Assembly (NCBI RefSeq): GCF_057098645.1
Contig: NZ_CM169472.1
DNA length: 64,000 bases
Strand: one strand, 5' to 3'
Part shown: positions 50,177 to 63,496 of the stretch, piece by piece
How the letters are laid out: every line of letters begins with the position of its first letter
How positions within the stretch are numbered: position 1 is the stretch's first letter
Notes under the pieces: generated by a model
Database searches by the model: none
What the model was told of the DNA's origin: nothing
What the model saw: only the letters and a program-made list of their open reading frames with translations
Translations under genes and position numbers: made by a program

Positions 50177-51292
50177 TTAATGACGATCAGGAATGTCTGG
50201 CGTTTTGGAGGTTGCGGGTATAGGTGGTCTGACAGGGGAGCGAGGCCTGTTTTTCACCAGGTCTTCATGAGTAACTTTTGGCGGTGTTTCATTTTTTACA
50301 AAAAGTTTGAGGGTCTTGCGCGCCATATGTTTGATAATTTTATCATCACTTAATGATGCTGGCATCAACACGTCATTCAAATCACTTTCATTGGGATTCA
50401 TAAATTGGTGATAGTGTAACAACATATTGGCGAAAAATAAAAACAAGTCCTGAAAATGAGGAGGTTCTTGTTCTGCTAAAAGGGATAAAAAGCAGATGCA
50501 GACTTCGGGTAGTACATGTTTGTTAGAACCTAATGAATCCATCAGGCTTTGCAATAAATCCTCTTTTAATTCGCTGTCCGTTATGTCGAGAATGGCGGTG
50601 ATCAAGTTAGGATCTTTATTGACGAACCATCTGTGAACCTCAGAGTTATTCCATAATCGGGGGAGTATGACAAAATTACCGCGAGAGATAAAATTCAGGA
50701 CAAGCAAATCAAACTGGCGTAAGTAATCTGCAGCGGTATGGTGATCCGGAGGCAGGGGTTCAATATGTGGTGTATGCGCTCTTTTGATGGGAACGCCAGG
50801 GTTGATCATTGGAAATTGTTCAATAAAATCATTCAGAAACAGAAAGAGCACACGCTCGACGCCGGTCTGAAATACGCGCCCCATAGTGACAGGCTTTGGG
50901 TTGGGAGCGCAAAAAATATTAATTTCTCCATCATGGCGGAAATTATCTAAATAAATAGGGCTTAAATTTATTACTACCTGAAATTCAATATTTTCTTTGT
51001 GTCTTCCATTCCTGGCGGGATAAGTGAGTTTAAACTGAACCTTTTCATTGTATAGCGTGTCGTTACCCCGAAAAGAAGTCCTCTGAATATATGATAAGTT
51101 GTCAAGGTTATTAAATATCTTTTTTGTGGCTGAGTTGATGTTTAAAGACGTGCGCCACTCTTCATTACATATTATTGTACTAAGTGCATCAATAAAATCC
51201 TTTAAAACTTCTTTTACCTGCGGTGCAATATTACGTACGGGAAAATCATCAGGAAGAGATATGTAATTGCTGATGCTTACTGGCGTAACCAT
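50177..51292 (-). CDS. yneK: Uncharacterized protein YneK
   Basis: 371 aa; position between ydeA and yneJ as in K-12. Confidence 0.7.
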   Translation of the reverse strand: MVTPVSISNYISLPDDFPVRNIAPQVKEVLKDFIDALSTIICNEEWRTSLNINSATKKIFNNLDNLSYIQRTSFRGNDTLYNEKVQFKLTYPARNGRHKENIEFQVVINLSPIYLDNFRHDGEINIFCAPNPKPVTMGRVFQTGVERVLFLFLNDFIEQFPMINPGVPIKRAHTPHIEPLPPDHHTAADYLRQFDLLVLNFISRGNFVILPRLWNNSEVHRWFVNKDPNLITAILDITDSELKEDLLQSLMDSLGSNKHVLPEVCICFLSLLAEQEPPHFQDLFLFFANMLLHYHQFMNPNESDLNDVLMPASLSDDKIIKHMARKTLKLFVKNETPPKVTHEDLVKNRPRSPVRPPIPATSKTPDIPDRH

Positions 51293-51369
51293 ATTTGCCC
51301 CATATAGTCATAAGTCATCGGAACATCACTATATAGAGCATATTAGCCGCAAGAACTATCAAAAATAGC

Positions 51370-52251
51370 TCATTGATATCCCTGTCTTGCCGAGTCAGGC
51401 ACATCCAGCAGTTGAATAAATGCCTCGAGCGGACGTGTTTTCGCACCACGACGCCAGACCAGCCAGGTTGTTAACCAACGCCATTGCTCAGCTAACGGCC
51501 ACGCTTCAACCTGGTGATGCCCCGGCATACTTTCCAGCATAGAGCGCGGAATAAGCGCAATGCCTGCTCCTGCGACTACACAGGCCAACATTCCGTGATA
51601 AGACTCCATCTCATGGATAGTTCCCGGAGCGGCACCGTCAGCATGAAACCAGCTCTCGAAGTGGCGACGATACGAACAATTGGCGCGGAAGGCATAAATG
51701 TTACTGCCATTAACCTGACTGGCACGGATTACTGGCGCATGACCTTGTGGCGTGACGATCATCAGCTCCTCGCGGTATACCGGTATCCCGTCAATGGCAG
51801 TATGGTTAATGGGTCCATCAATAAACGCCGCATTAAGTTTTCCCTCCAGCACACCTTCCAGCATAGTGCCGGAAGGGCCGGTGGAAAGTGAAAACTGAAT
51901 TTTGGGATAACGACGGTTGAATTCCGCCAGCGTGGCCGGAATGCGAACTGCTGCAGTGCTTTCCAGCGAACCCAGAGAAAATAAACCTTGCGGCTCATCG
52001 CCAGCGACAACGCTCCGCGCTTCATCCACTAACGCGAGAATTTGTTGGCTATAGCGTAAAAAGTTATGCCCGGCAGGAGATAGACGTAAACGCTGATTCT
52101 CGCGAATAAACAGATCTACCCCCAGTTCTGTTTCCAGCTGGCGTAGACGGGTAGTGAGATTCGACGGCACGCGATGCACTATTGCTGCAGCCTGCGTAAT
52201 GCTGCCAGCTTCGGCAACCGCGTTGAACATCTCCAGTTGGGTCAGATCCAT
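51370..52251 (-). CDS. yneJ: LysR-family regulator YneJ
   Basis: 293 aa; LysR HTH; divergent from sad. Confidence 0.85.
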   Translation of the reverse strand: MDLTQLEMFNAVAEAGSITQAAAIVHRVPSNLTTRLRQLETELGVDLFIRENQRLRLSPAGHNFLRYSQQILALVDEARSVVAGDEPQGLFSLGSLESTAAVRIPATLAEFNRRYPKIQFSLSTGPSGTMLEGVLEGKLNAAFIDGPINHTAIDGIPVYREELMIVTPQGHAPVIRASQVNGSNIYAFRANCSYRRHFESWFHADGAAPGTIHEMESYHGMLACVVAGAGIALIPRSMLESMPGHHQVEAWPLAEQWRWLTTWLVWRRGAKTRPLEAFIQLLDVPDSARQGYQ

Positions 52252-52351
52252 AATATTCTCGATTCGTGAATAAGTGGCTTAATATTATTCATTTTAAAGC
52301 AAGAGTAAATCTGCGTATCTTCATACCATGACTCATAAAGGAGATACCCCG

Positions 52352-53740
52352 ATGACCATTACTCCGGCAACTCATGCAATTTCGATAAATCCTGCCACGG
52401 GTGAACAACTTTCTGTGCTGCCGTGGGCTGGCGCTGATGATATCGAAAACGCACTTCAGCTGGCGGCAGCAGGCTTTCGTGACTGGCGCGAGACAAATAT
52501 AGATTATCGTGCTGAAAAACTGCGTGATATCGGTAAGGCTCTGCGCGCCCGTAGCGAAGAAATGGCGCAAATGATCACCCGCGAAATGGGCAAACCAATC
52601 AACCAGGCGCGCGCTGAAGTGGCGAAATCGGCGAATTTGTGTGACTGGTATGCAGAACATGGTCCGGCAATGCTGAAGGCGGAACCTACGCTGGTGGAAA
52701 ATCAGCAGGCAGTTATTGAGTATCGACCGTTGGGGACGATTCTGGCGATTATGCCGTGGAATTTTCCGTTATGGCAGGTGATGCGTGGCGCTGTTCCCAT
52801 CATTCTTGCAGGTAACGGCTACTTACTTAAACATGCGCCGAATGTGATGGGCTGTGCTCAGCTCATTGCCCAGGTGTTTAAAGATGCGGGAATCCCACAA
52901 GGCGTATATGGCTGGCTGAATGCCGACAATGACGGTGTCACTCAGATGATTAAAGACTCGCGCATTGCTGCTATCACGGTGACCGGAAGTGTTCGTGCTG
53001 GAGCGGCTATTGGCGCACAGGCTGGAGCGGCACTGAAAAAATGCGTACTGGAACTGGGCGGTTCGGATCCGTTTATTGTGCTTAACGATGCCGATCTGGA
53101 ACTGGCGGTGAAAGCGGCGGTAGCCGGACGTTATCAGAATACCGGACAGGTTTGTGCAGCGGCAAAACGTTTTATCATCGAAGAGGGAATTGCTTCGGCA
53201 TTTACCGAACGTTTTGTGGCAGCTGCGGCAGCCTTGAAAATGGGCGATCCCCGTGACGAAGAGAACACTCTCGGACCAATGGCTCGTTTTGATTTACGTG
53301 ATGAGCTGCATCATCAGGTGGAGAAAACCCTGGCGCAGGGTGCGCGTTTGCTACTGGGCGGGGAAAAGATGGCTGGGGCAGGTAACTACTATCCGCCAAC
53401 GGTTCTGGCGAATGTTACCCCAGAAATGACCGCGTTTCGGGAAGAAATGTTTGGCCCCGTTGCGGCAATCACCGTTGCGAAAGATGCAGAACATGCGCTG
53501 GAACTGGCTAATGATAGTGAGTTCGGCCTTTCAGCGACCATTTTTACCACTGACGAAACACAGGCCAGACAGATGGCGGCACGTCTGGAATGCGGTGGGG
53601 TGTTTATCAATGGTTATTGTGCCAGCGATGCGCGAGTGGCCTTTGGTGGCGTGAAAAAGAGTGGCTTTGGTCGTGAGCTTTCCCATTTCGGCTTACACGA
53701 ATTCTGTAATATCCAGACGGTGTGGAAAGACCGGATCTGA
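52352..53740 (+). CDS. sad: NAD-dependent succinate-semialdehyde dehydrogenase Sad (YneI)
   Basis: 462 aa from [20 protein letters not shown]; aldehyde dehydrogenase motifs. Confidence 0.9.
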   Translation: MTITPATHAISINPATGEQLSVLPWAGADDIENALQLAAAGFRDWRETNIDYRAEKLRDIGKALRARSEEMAQMITREMGKPINQARAEVAKSANLCDWYAEHGPAMLKAEPTLVENQQAVIEYRPLGTILAIMPWNFPLWQVMRGAVPIILAGNGYLLKHAPNVMGCAQLIAQVFKDAGIPQGVYGWLNADNDGVTQMIKDSRIAAITVTGSVRAGAAIGAQAGAALKKCVLELGGSDPFIVLNDADLELAVKAAVAGRYQNTGQVCAAAKRFIIEEGIASAFTERFVAAAAALKMGDPRDEENTLGPMARFDLRDELHHQVEKTLAQGARLLLGGEKMAGAGNYYPPTVLANVTPEMTAFREEMFGPVAAITVAKDAEHALELANDSEFGLSATIFTTDETQARQMAARLECGGVFINGYCASDARVAFGGVKKSGFGRELSHFGLHEFCNIQTVWKDRI

Positions 53741-53803
53741 CGCGACATATTCAGCTCTGATATACTCGCAGGTCTTTTCAGACCTGCGGTCCAGGAGTAG
53801 AAA

Positions 53804-54730
53804 GTGGCAGTCGCCATGGATAATGCAATTTTAGAAAACATCTTGCGGCAAGTGCGGCCGCTCATTGGTCAGGGTAAAGTCGCGGATTATATTCCGGCGC
53901 TGGCTACGGTAGACGGTTCCCGATTGGGCATTGCTATCTGTACCGTTGACGGACAGCTTTTTCAGGCCGGAGACGCGCAAGAACGTTTTTCCATTCAGTC
54001 TATTTCCAAAGTGCTGAGTCTCGTTGTCGCCATGCGTCATTACTCCGAAGAGGAAATCTGGCAACGCGTCGGCAAAGATCCGTCTGGATCACCGTTCAAT
54101 TCTTTAGTGCAACTGGAAATGGAGCAGGGTATTCCGCGTAATCCGTTTATTAATGCCGGTGCGCTGGTGGTCTGCGATATGTTGCAAGGGCGATTAAGCG
54201 CACCACGGCAACGTATGCTGGAAGTCGTGCGCGGCTTAAGCGGTGTGTCTGATATTTCCTACGATACGGTGGTAGCGCGTTCCGAATTTGAACATTCCGC
54301 GCGAAATGCGGCTATCGCCTGGCTGATGAAGTCGTTTGGCAATTTCCATCATGACGTGACAACCGTTCTGCAAAACTACTTTCATTACTGCGCTCTGAAA
54401 ATGAGCTGTGTAGAGCTGGCCCGGACGTTTGTCTTTCTGGCTAATCAGGGGAAAGCTATTCATATTGATGAACCTGTGGTGACGCCAATGCAGGCACGGC
54501 AAATTAACGCGCTGATGGCGACCAGTGGTATGTACCAGAACGCGGGGGAGTTTGCCTGGCGGGTGGGACTACCGGCGAAATCTGGCGTTGGTGGCGGTAT
54601 TGTGGCGATTGTTCCGCATGAAATGGCCATCGCAGTCTGGAGTCCGGAACTGGATGATGCAGGTAACTCGCTTGCGGGCATTGCCGTCCTTGAACAATTG
54701 ACGAAACAGTTAGGGCGTTCGGTTTATTAA
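53804..54730 (+). CDS. glsB: Glutaminase 2 GlsB (YneH)
   Basis: 308 aa; serine-dependent glutaminase motif. Confidence 0.9.
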   Translation: MAVAMDNAILENILRQVRPLIGQGKVADYIPALATVDGSRLGIAICTVDGQLFQAGDAQERFSIQSISKVLSLVVAMRHYSEEEIWQRVGKDPSGSPFNSLVQLEMEQGIPRNPFINAGALVVCDMLQGRLSAPRQRMLEVVRGLSGVSDISYDTVVARSEFEHSARNAAIAWLMKSFGNFHHDVTTVLQNYFHYCALKMSCVELARTFVFLANQGKAIHIDEPVVTPMQARQINALMATSGMYQNAGEFAWRVGLPAKSGVGGGIVAIVPHEMAIAVWSPELDDAGNSLAGIAVLEQLTKQLGRSVY

Positions 54731-55089
54731 TGCAGTCTCTCGATCCACTCTTCGCGCGTTTATCCCGTTCAAAATTTCGATCTCGCTTTCGTTTTGGCAT
54801 GAAAGAGCGTCAGTATTGTCTGGAGAAAGGCGCGCCAGTCATCGAACAACATGCGGCGGATTTTGTCGCTAAACGTCTTGCTCCGGCATTACCGGCTAAT
54901 GACGGTAAGCAAACCCCCATGCGCGGGCATCCGGTGTTTATCGCTCAGCACGCCACTGCAACCTGTTGTCGCGGTTGTCTGGCTAAGTGGCATAACATTC
55001 CGCAGGGTGTTTCGTTAAGCGAGCAACAACAACGTTATATCGTGGCGGTAATCTATCACTGGCTGGTTATACAGATGAATCAGCCATGA
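54730..55089 (+). CDS. yneG: Uncharacterized protein YneG
   Basis: 119 aa; start overlaps the glsB stop. Confidence 0.8.
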   Translation: MQSLDPLFARLSRSKFRSRFRFGMKERQYCLEKGAPVIEQHAADFVAKRLAPALPANDGKQTPMRGHPVFIAQHATATCCRGCLAKWHNIPQGVSLSEQQQRYIVAVIYHWLVIQMNQP

Positions 55090-55227
55090 TAATTGCGGAA
55101 AACGATAAAATAGCATTCCCAGGGTACCTTTATTTGCCGCCGCTGTCAGCGAACATGCTATCCTTTATGAGAATTTACTTATTACGTTGAGATAATTGCC
55201 ATCCGCAATTGTATAGACAGATAATTA

Positions 55228-56646
55228 ATGCATGTACACCCCATTTCAACTTTCCGTGTGTTCCAGGAAGGTCATCTGCTACGTAATAGCATCGCTATTT
55301 TTGCGCTAACCACGCTGTTCTATTTTATTGGTGCAGAGTTACGGCTGGTTCACGAACTTTCTCTTTTCTGGCCGCTGAATGGCGTAATGGCGGGGGTGTT
55401 TGCCCGCTATGTCTGGCTTAATCGACTGCATTACTATGCGATCAGTTATGTGGCGATGCTGGTTTATGATGCCATAACCACCGAATGGGGACTGGTTTCA
55501 CTGGCTATCAATTTCTCCAATATGATGTTTATTGTTACCGTCGCCTTACTGGTCGTGCGGGATAAGCGTCTGGGGAAAAATAAGTATGAGCCAGTAAGTG
55601 CCTTACGGCTATTTAATTACTGTCTGATTGCCGCATTATTATGCGCTATTGTCGGGGCGATTGGTTCGGTCAGTATTGATAGTCTGGATTTCTGGCCTTT
55701 GCTTGCGGACTGGTTCAGTGAGCAATTCTCAACGGGCGTGTTGATCGTGCCTTGTATGCTGACGTTGGCTATTCCTGGAGTGCTGCCGCGCTTTAAAGCA
55801 GAACAGATGATGCCCGCCATCGCGCTTATTGTGTCGGTTATTGCCTCGGTAGTCATTGGCGGAGCGGGGAGTCTGGCGTTCCCGCTGCCTGCATTAATCT
55901 GGTGTGCAGTGCGCTATACGCCGCAGGTAACATGTCTGTTGACCTTTGTTACCGGTGCGGTGGAAATCGTACTGGTGGCAAATTCGGTGATTGATATCTC
56001 GGTCAGTTCGCCGTTCTCCATTCCGGAAATGTTCTCCGCACGTCTCGGTATTGCCACGATGGCGATATGCCCAATTATGGTTTCTTTTAGCGTGGCAGCG
56101 ATCAATTCGCTAATGAAGCAAGTTGCGCTGCGAGCCGACTTTGATTTTCTGACTCAGGTTTACTCACGGTCCGGTCTTTATGAGGCGCTGAAAAGTCCAT
56201 CGCTGAAACAGACACAACATCTGACTGTCATGCTGCTTGATATCGACTATTTCAAAAGTATTAACGATAACTATGGACATGAATGTGGCGATAAAGTGTT
56301 AAGCGTGTTTGCCCGGCATATTCAGAAGATTGTCGGTGATAAGGGGTTGGTGGCGCGCATGGGCGGCGAAGAATTTGCTGTTGCAGTGCCGTCGGTGAAT
56401 CCTGTCGATGGTCTGCTAATGGCGGAAAAAATCCGTAAAGGCGTTGAACTGCAACCATTCACCTGGCAACAAAAAACGCTTTATCTCACGGTAAGTATTG
56501 GCGTCGGTAGTGGTCGCGCATCGTACCGAACGCTGACCGATGACTTTAATAAATTGATGGTCGAAGCCGATACGTGTCTGTATCGCTCGAAGAAAGATGG
56601 GCGCAACCGTACCAGCACTATGCGTTACGGTGAGGAAGTTGTCTGA
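55228..56646 (+). CDS. dgcF: Membrane-anchored GGDEF diguanylate cyclase DgcF (YneF)
   Basis: Multi-TM N-terminal sensor domain plus GGDEF domain (RMGGEEFAV). Start codon not resolved. Confidence 0.7.
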   Translation: MHVHPISTFRVFQEGHLLRNSIAIFALTTLFYFIGAELRLVHELSLFWPLNGVMAGVFARYVWLNRLHYYAISYVAMLVYDAITTEWGLVSLAINFSNMMFIVTVALLVVRDKRLGKNKYEPVSALRLFNYCLIAALLCAIVGAIGSVSIDSLDFWPLLADWFSEQFSTGVLIVPCMLTLAIPGVLPRFKAEQMMPAIALIVSVIASVVIGGAGSLAFPLPALIWCAVRYTPQVTCLLTFVTGAVEIVLVANSVIDISVSSPFSIPEMFSARLGIATMAICPIMVSFSVAAINSLMKQVALRADFDFLTQVYSRSGLYEALKSPSLKQTQHLTVMLLDIDYFKSINDNYGHECGDKVLSVFARHIQKIVGDKGLVARMGGEEFAVAVPSVNPVDGLLMAEKIRKGVELQPFTWQQKTLYLTVSIGVGSGRASYRTLTDDFNKLMVEADTCLYRSKKDGRNRTSTMRYGEEVV

Positions 56647-56872
56647 CATCTTTGTTCATTCAGAGCGATTTAAATGCAATGTGTTCTACCACTTTATGAT
56701 CCAGGAAAAGGCGTTTTTCCTCGATTAAACCATGATCCGCGCCACACTTTTCTCATAAAACTGCTCATTAATCATCAGGAGTTGATCAAAACAGGGGTTC
56801 GTCGTATTAAAGTTTGCTAACCTGTCGTACCAATTCAAACAGGTTGTATGACTAATCAGAAGGGAACCCATT

Positions 56873-58324
56873 GTGAAAACACTAAATCGTCGCGATTTTC
56901 CCGGTGCACAGTATCCAGAACGTATCATTCAGTTTGGTGAAGGTAACTTCCTGCGCGCCTTTGTTGACTGGCAAATCGATCTCCTGAATGAGCACACCGA
57001 TCTGAATTCTGGCGTGGTCGTTGTTCGTCCGATTGAAACTTCATTCCCGCCGTCACTGAGCACGCAGGATGGTCTGTACACCACCATTATCCGTGGCCTG
57101 AATGAGAAGGGGGAAGCGGTCAGCGACGCGCGTCTGATTCGCTCGGTTAATCGTGAAATCAGCATCTACAGTGAATACGATGAATTCCTGAAACTGGCGC
57201 ACAACCCGGAAATGCGCTTTGTTTTCTCTAACACCACCGAAGCGGGTATCAGCTACCATGCGGGCGATAAATTCGATGACGCGCCAGCGGTAAGTTATCC
57301 CGCAAAACTGACCCGTCTGCTATTCGAGCGTTTTAGCCATTTCAACGGTGCGCTGGATAAAGGTTGGATCATCATCCCGTGTGAGTTGATCGACTACAAT
57401 GGCGACGCGTTGCGTGAACTGGTGCTGCGCTATGCGCAAGAGTGGGCACTGCCAGAAGCATTTATTCAATGGCTGGATCAGGCTAACAGCTTCTGTTCTA
57501 CGCTGGTGGACCGTATCGTTACCGGTTATCCGCGTGATGAAGTAGCTAAACTGGAAGAAGAACTGGGTTATCACGATGGTTTCCTCGACACCGCTGAACA
57601 CTTTTACCTGTTTGTGATTCAGGGACCGAAATCCTTAGCGACCGAGCTGCGTCTGGACAAATATCCGCTCAACGTGCTGATTGTTGACGATATTAAACCG
57701 TATAAAGAACGCAAAGTGGCAATCCTCAACGGTGCACATACCGCGCTGGTGCCGGTGGCGTTCCAGGCAGGGCTGGATACCGTAGGTGAAGCGATGAACG
57801 ATGCTGAAATTTGCGCATTCGTTGAAAAAGCCATCTACGAAGAAATTATTCCGGTTCTGGATTTGCCTCGCGATGAACTGGAGTCTTTCGCCAGTGCAGT
57901 CACCGGGCGTTTCCGTAACCCGTACATCAAGCATCAGCTGCTGTCTATCGCGCTCAACGGTATGACCAAGTTCCGCACCCGCATCCTGCCGCAGCTACTG
58001 GCAGGGCAGAAGGCAAACGGCACACTTCCGGCGCGCCTTACTTTCGCATTAGCGGCATTGATTGCGTTCTATCGCGGTGAGCGTAACGGAGAAACATATC
58101 CGGTACAGGACGATGCACACTGGCTGGAACGTTATCAGCAACTCTGGAGCCAGCATCGTGACCGTGTTATCGGTACCCAGGAACTGGTTGCGATTGTGTT
58201 GGCAGAAAAAGACCACTGGGAGCAGGACCTGACGCAAGTGCCTGGTTTGGTCGAGCAGGTGGCTAATGACCTGGATGCGATTCTCGAAAAAGGGATGCGC
58301 GAAGCTGTACGCCCGTTGTGCTAA
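56873..58324 (+). CDS. uxaB: Altronate oxidoreductase UxaB
   Basis: 483 aa; mannitol dehydrogenase family; position as in K-12. Confidence 0.9.
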   Translation: MKTLNRRDFPGAQYPERIIQFGEGNFLRAFVDWQIDLLNEHTDLNSGVVVVRPIETSFPPSLSTQDGLYTTIIRGLNEKGEAVSDARLIRSVNREISIYSEYDEFLKLAHNPEMRFVFSNTTEAGISYHAGDKFDDAPAVSYPAKLTRLLFERFSHFNGALDKGWIIIPCELIDYNGDALRELVLRYAQEWALPEAFIQWLDQANSFCSTLVDRIVTGYPRDEVAKLEEELGYHDGFLDTAEHFYLFVIQGPKSLATELRLDKYPLNVLIVDDIKPYKERKVAILNGAHTALVPVAFQAGLDTVGEAMNDAEICAFVEKAIYEEIIPVLDLPRDELESFASAVTGRFRNPYIKHQLLSIALNGMTKFRTRILPQLLAGQKANGTLPARLTFALAALIAFYRGERNGETYPVQDDAHWLERYQQLWSQHRDRVIGTQELVAIVLAEKDHWEQDLTQVPGLVEQVANDLDAILEKGMREAVRPLC

Positions 58325-58520
58325 TACTCTGAACCCGGTTTCGACCGGGTTTCTTATTTCACTATATTAGTTACAACATCCTACAAGCTTACAACATTAA
58401 CAGGTGCCACATGCAGCACCTGTTAATGTTGTAAGCTTGTAGGTAATTTGTAAGTCGTGTCTTGAGAATGTGATCGTAATCACGTTTAATAGGGCGACTT
58501 TTCCACGCCTGAAGATAACC

Positions 58521-59435
58521 ATGATCGTTCGTCCACAACAACACTGGCTGCGCCGTATTTTTGTCTGGCATGGCTCAGTATTATCCAAGATATCCTCGCG
58601 CTTACTACTCAATTTTCTCTTTTCTATCGCTGTTATTTTCATGCTGCCCTGGTACACGCATCTGGGCATCAAATTCACCCTCGCACCGTTCAGCATTCTC
58701 GGTGTCGCCATCGCCATTTTTCTTGGTTTTCGTAATAATGCCGGTTACGCCCGTTACGTTGAAGCGCGAAAACTTTGGGGGCAGTTGATGATTGCCTCAC
58801 GGTCGTTACTGCGCGAGGTAAAAACGACATTGCCGGATTCGGCAAGTGTAAGGGAGTTTGCCCGGCTGCAAATCGCCTTCGCCCACTGTTTACGCATGAC
58901 ATTACGCAAACAGCCACAGGCGGAAGTGCTGGCTCATTATCTCAAGACTGAAGATCTTCAGCGTGTACTGGCTTCGAACTCTCCAGCTAACCGCATCTTG
59001 TTAATAATGGGGGAGTGGTTGGCGGTTCAGCGACGCAATGGACAACTTTCAGATATCCTGTTTATTAGCCTCAACGATCGGCTTAACGATATTTCAGCGG
59101 TTCTGGCAGGCTGCGAGCGCATTGCCTACACGCCAATTCCCTTTGCCTATACCCTGATTTTGCATCGTACCGTTTATCTGTTTTGTATCATGCTGCCGTT
59201 CGCGCTGGTCGTGGACCTGCATTACATGACGCCTTTTATCTCTGTGCTGATTTCCTACACTTTTATTTCGCTGGATTGTCTGGCGGAAGAACTGGAAGAT
59301 CCATTCGGTACTGAAAACAATGATTTACCACTGGATGCCATCTGCAACGCTATTGAAATTGACCTCTTACAGATGAACGATGAAGCCGAAATTCCAGCAA
59401 AAATTCTTCCCGATCGTCATTACCAGCTGACGTGA
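58521..59435 (+). CDS. yneE: Bestrophin-like membrane protein YneE (UPF0187)
   Basis: 304 aa from MIVRPQQHWLRRIF. Confidence 0.8.
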   Translation: MIVRPQQHWLRRIFVWHGSVLSKISSRLLLNFLFSIAVIFMLPWYTHLGIKFTLAPFSILGVAIAIFLGFRNNAGYARYVEARKLWGQLMIASRSLLREVKTTLPDSASVREFARLQIAFAHCLRMTLRKQPQAEVLAHYLKTEDLQRVLASNSPANRILLIMGEWLAVQRRNGQLSDILFISLNDRLNDISAVLAGCERIAYTPIPFAYTLILHRTVYLFCIMLPFALVVDLHYMTPFISVLISYTFISLDCLAEELEDPFGTENNDLPLDAICNAIEIDLLQMNDEAEIPAKILPDRHYQLT

Positions 59436-59438
59436 TAC

Positions 59439-60197
59439 TTACTCCGTACGCCGGGCAACAATAAACAGACGCGGAAATGCCAGCAGTATCTGTCCGTTCT
59501 CTTGCAGTGGATACTGCTCTTCCAACATCTGATGGTAGCGCGTAAGAAAATGCTGCTGTTCGCTCTCGGTCAGATCCTGTAACCACGGACGTAATCCAGT
59601 GGCGGTCACCCAATCGATAATCGCCTGGTGCGACGGCATCTGATGATAGTAAGTGGTTCGCCAGATATCGACCTTACATCCGGCTTCGCTCAAAATATCG
59701 TAGTAAGCATGAACGCCTGCCAGCGGCTCACGCCCGCGATCCGGGTAGTTTTGTTCCCAGGCAACTTCGCGCATGAGCACATGGGTCGGCTCCAGCCAGT
59801 TATCTGGCATCTGTACTGCCAGCACGCCCTGCGGATTAAGTAACGAAACCAGATGAGGAAACAATTCGTAGTGGTCGGGCAGCCATTGCAGTGAGGCATT
59901 AGCAAAAATCAGATCGAGTGTCTGTTCCGGTTGCCAATTGCGGATATCTGCTTCCACAAACTGGCAGTCCGGCAAAGCACTGCGTGCTTCGGCAACCATC
60001 GCCGGAGATGAGTCGATGCCCGTTATCCTGGCAGCAGGCCAACGTTGTTGTAGAAGGGCGGTGCTGTTACCTGGGCCACAGCCAAGATCGGCAACATATT
60101 CGACATTCTCCAGCGGCACTCTGGCAAGCAGCTCCACCGCCGGACGCGATCGTTCAGCGGCAAAGTGCAGATATAAAGAGGGGTTCCAGTCAGACAT
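59439..60197 (-). CDS. tam: Trans-aconitate 2-methyltransferase Tam
   Basis: 252 aa; SAM-binding motif DLGCGPG. Confidence 0.9.
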   Translation of the reverse strand: MSDWNPSLYLHFAAERSRPAVELLARVPLENVEYVADLGCGPGNSTALLQQRWPAARITGIDSSPAMVAEARSALPDCQFVEADIRNWQPEQTLDLIFANASLQWLPDHYELFPHLVSLLNPQGVLAVQMPDNWLEPTHVLMREVAWEQNYPDRGREPLAGVHAYYDILSEAGCKVDIWRTTYYHQMPSHQAIIDWVTATGLRPWLQDLTESEQQHFLTRYHQMLEEQYPLQENGQILLAFPRLFIVARRTE

Positions 60198-60253
60198 TTT
60201 TTTACTCCCGTCAGCGCGTTACCCCAATTGTAGATAAAATTGATAAATTCGCC

Positions 60254-60544
60254 TCACGGCATCAACCCATTGAACAGACGTTTTTTACGCGGCCCGGTCA
60301 TTAAAGATTCCAGTTTCGCGACACAGGTTTTGTAGTGGGGCGTGGTTTTATGGAACGCCACTGCGTCTTCATCTTTATAGGCTTCGTAGATATAAAAGCG
60401 CGAATTCACTTCCGGGTCCTGTAAGACATCGAAGCGCAAATTGCCTTCTTCCTGTACAGAGCCCAGGTGGTTCTGGCGAAAAACTTCGATAAACTCGTCA
60501 ACCTTGTCTTCATGAACGTTAATTTCAACCAGTGTGACGTGCAT
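60254..60544 (-). CDS. lsrG: AI-2 degrading protein LsrG
   Basis: 96 aa, [26 protein letters not shown]. Confidence 0.9.
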   Translation of the reverse strand: MHVTLVEINVHEDKVDEFIEVFRQNHLGSVQEEGNLRFDVLQDPEVNSRFYIYEAYKDEDAVAFHKTTPHYKTCVAKLESLMTGPRKKRLFNGLMP

Positions 60545-60567
60545 AATTCTTCTCCTTAAATCCGCAG

Positions 60568-61443
60568 TTACTGTTTTTCACTCAGATAGAGTTCATATGC
60601 CCGATCAGCCGTTTCGTTATGGTGTACCACCGCCTGTACGGCTTTCATCATCGCCACCGGATGGTCAGACTGGAAAATATTACGCCCCATATCCACACCA
60701 GAAGCGCCCTGATCGATAGCCTGCCAGCACATTTCCAGCGCCTCGCGCTCCGGTAATTTCTTACCGCCAGCAATAACAATGGGTACCGGACATCCGGCAA
60801 CAATCCGTTCAAAACCTTTTTCGACATAATAGGTTTTGATAATTTGCGCCCCCATTTCAGCGGCGATTCGAGTCGCGAGCGAGAAATAACGCTGATCGCG
60901 CACCATATCTTTGCCCACGCCAGTCACGGCCATGGTCGGCATTCCCACTTTCATTCCGGCATCAACCAGCTGAATAATATTTTTGATCGACTGATGTTCA
61001 TATTCGCTGCCGATATAAACCTGCGCCGCCACCGCGCAACTGTTCAGGCGCACGGCGTCATCCATCGATAACGCCACGGCTTCATTGCTTAATTCCGCCA
61101 GGATAGAGTTCGCACCTGACGCCCGCAGTACCACCGGCCTATTGGTCGCAGGGGGAACTACGCTGCGCAAAATGCCGCGTGTACACATTAATACATCGGC
61201 ATGTTCAAACAGCGGGGCGATATTTATATCAATGCGTTCAAGTCCGGTAGTCGGTCCCTGAAAATAACCATGGTCAAAGGCCAGCATCACGGTTTTACTC
61301 GTTTTCGGATTAAATATCCGCGATAAGCGTGATTGCATTCCCCAATCCAGTGCACCGCAACCTTTCAGGGTAAAAGGGATATTTTGTTGCGGTTGATCGG
61401 TACGAAAATCTTTACCATCTTTAATATCATCTAAATCTGCCAT
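60568..61443 (-). CDS. lsrF: 3-hydroxy-5-phosphonooxypentane-2,4-dione thiolase LsrF
   Basis: 291 aa, aldolase-like; within the lsr operon. Confidence 0.9.
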   Translation of the reverse strand: MADLDDIKDGKDFRTDQPQQNIPFTLKGCGALDWGMQSRLSRIFNPKTSKTVMLAFDHGYFQGPTTGLERIDINIAPLFEHADVLMCTRGILRSVVPPATNRPVVLRASGANSILAELSNEAVALSMDDAVRLNSCAVAAQVYIGSEYEHQSIKNIIQLVDAGMKVGMPTMAVTGVGKDMVRDQRYFSLATRIAAEMGAQIIKTYYVEKGFERIVAGCPVPIVIAGGKKLPEREALEMCWQAIDQGASGVDMGRNIFQSDHPVAMMKAVQAVVHHNETADRAYELYLSEKQ

Positions 61444-61469
61444 AACTTACTCCGGTTAAGTAATGCACA

Positions 61470-62492
61470 TCAGAAATCGTATTTGCCGATATTCTCTTTG
61501 TTGAATATCACGCGCTCCGGTAACAGTACGATGCCATTACCATCCGCTTCGTAGTCATAGCCCTGAACGCTGTTTGGTGAGACTTCCACCTGACCTACGC
61601 CCTGGATATCCAGCTTGTCGCCCGTTTTCATTGATCCTTTTTTCAATAATGCATCCGCGACATACACTGAAATTTTGCCTTGCTGAACCACATCCCACAG
61701 GCCAAATTCTTTCACCGTGCCGCGCTCTACATACGGGCGCATCACATTTGGCGTACTGAATCCGACAATCGCTACTTTGTCATTTTTCAAGTTTTCTGCG
61801 GCTTGTGCGGCAGCGGGCAGGGCGTTGGCATCGGGGGCGATAATGGCGTCGAGATCGCTATACGCTTTTAATATTCCTTCTGCGGTTTGTAACGATTTAG
61901 TGGCATCGTTATAGCCAAACTGCGTAGTGACAATTTCCCAGCCTGGATGCTCTTTGGCGATTTTCGCTTTCGCTTCTTTCACCCACTGGTTTTGGTCCGT
62001 AACGGTGGGGCTTGAGTAGAAAAACGCGACTTTGGCTTTGTCTTTATTCACCTGACGCGCCGCCATATCCACCAACATACCTCCCAACTGGGCGGGCGTT
62101 CCCTGATTAATGTAGTAAGAGCGGCACTCCGGTTTAGTATCAGAGTCCCAGGTCAGCACTCTCACACCACGTTGCATGGCGCGTTTCAGTGCCGGACACA
62201 AGCCATCAGGCGAAACCGCAGAAACGATAATGGCGTTATAACCTTGATTGACGAAGTTATTAATCAACTGTACCTGACCAGAAACACTGGGTTCTGTCGG
62301 CCCGTCGTAGGTCACATCAACGCCCAGCTCTTTACCCGCTTGTTGTGCGCCGTTGCCACCGCTGGTAAAAAATCCCACGCCAACCAGTTTGGGAATAAAT
62401 GCAATACGCTCTGCGGCCTGCACATTCATAGAGATTGCGGCAATGCCAAGAGCGCTAAGTAAGGCGATTTTCTTAAAGCGATGAAGTGTCAT
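61470..62492 (-). CDS. lsrB: AI-2 periplasmic binding protein LsrB
   Basis: 340 aa with signal peptide. Confidence 0.9.
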   Translation of the reverse strand: MTLHRFKKIALLSALGIAAISMNVQAAERIAFIPKLVGVGFFTSGGNGAQQAGKELGVDVTYDGPTEPSVSGQVQLINNFVNQGYNAIIVSAVSPDGLCPALKRAMQRGVRVLTWDSDTKPECRSYYINQGTPAQLGGMLVDMAARQVNKDKAKVAFFYSSPTVTDQNQWVKEAKAKIAKEHPGWEIVTTQFGYNDATKSLQTAEGILKAYSDLDAIIAPDANALPAAAQAAENLKNDKVAIVGFSTPNVMRPYVERGTVKEFGLWDVVQQGKISVYVADALLKKGSMKTGDKLDIQGVGQVEVSPNSVQGYDYEADGNGIVLLPERVIFNKENIGKYDF

Positions 62493-62503
62493 GAAGATAT
62501 CCT

Positions 62504-63496
62504 TTATGGCAATGGGTTATTGGCCCGACGCGCCAGCCACTCTTTAATTTGCTGGCGATGCAGGCTAACGGAACGACCTACGACAACGACGATAAGTAGC
62601 GCACCGGAAAGGGCGCTGGACACCTGATTTGGCACTCCTGCCATTTGCAAACCTTGTTGCAAATATCCCACTAATAAAACCGCAATGGCGGTGCCGATAA
62701 TGGAACCGGAACCACCATAAATATTGGCCCCGCCAAGCACCACGGCGGTGATGGCGGGCATCAGAAACGACGCACCGAGATCGGAACGTGCTGAACCAAA
62801 ATACGATACCAGCAGCACAGCGGCGACCGCAGACGCCAGCCCCGTCATGGCATAGAGCGCACATAAGGTGCGGTTAACTGGAATCGCGCTATAAAGCGCC
62901 ACGCGCGGGCTTTGCCCAATCAAAAACACATTACGTCCGGCATGGGTTTTATGCAGCCAGAGCCAGAAAACGAGGAGACATATCAGGAAGATAATCAGCG
63001 GAACGGGGAGTCCCAGCACATCCAGGTTAGCGAAATCTGTAAACGCCATCGGGAATCCACCAATACCTTCGTACCCCGTCGCTCCGGCCATCCCGGAAAG
63101 CAGCAGAGCGCTTCCAGCAAACAGATACAGCGTGCCAAGCGTAATCACCAGCGGGTTAACTTTGGTATAGATAATTAATCCGGCGTTGATCAGCCCGCAC
63201 AATGCGCCGAGCAGTAAGGTCAGGAGAATCGCCAGCGGCATCGGCACATCACTTTGAAACAGTACGCCCAATGCAATGGCGCAGAGGCCGATGGTCGAAC
63301 CAAACGAAATATCGATCCCGCCACTGACAATCACCATCGTCAGCGGTAGGGCGACAATGCCAATGCAGATAAAGTCACTGGTGCTGAACAGCAACATATT
63401 GAGATCTAACATCCGCGGGTTAATTGCACCAAATGCGACAATCTCAATAACGAGCAGTGCGGCAAGAGCCAGTTCCCAACCGTAGCGAATACGCAT
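62504..63496 (-). CDS. lsrD: AI-2 ABC transporter permease LsrD
   Basis: 330-aa polytopic permease. Confidence 0.9.
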   Translation of the reverse strand: MRIRYGWELALAALLVIEIVAFGAINPRMLDLNMLLFSTSDFICIGIVALPLTMVIVSGGIDISFGSTIGLCAIALGVLFQSDVPMPLAILLTLLLGALCGLINAGLIIYTKVNPLVITLGTLYLFAGSALLLSGMAGATGYEGIGGFPMAFTDFANLDVLGLPVPLIIFLICLLVFWLWLHKTHAGRNVFLIGQSPRVALYSAIPVNRTLCALYAMTGLASAVAAVLLVSYFGSARSDLGASFLMPAITAVVLGGANIYGGSGSIIGTAIAVLLVGYLQQGLQMAGVPNQVSSALSGALLIVVVVGRSVSLHRQQIKEWLARRANNPLP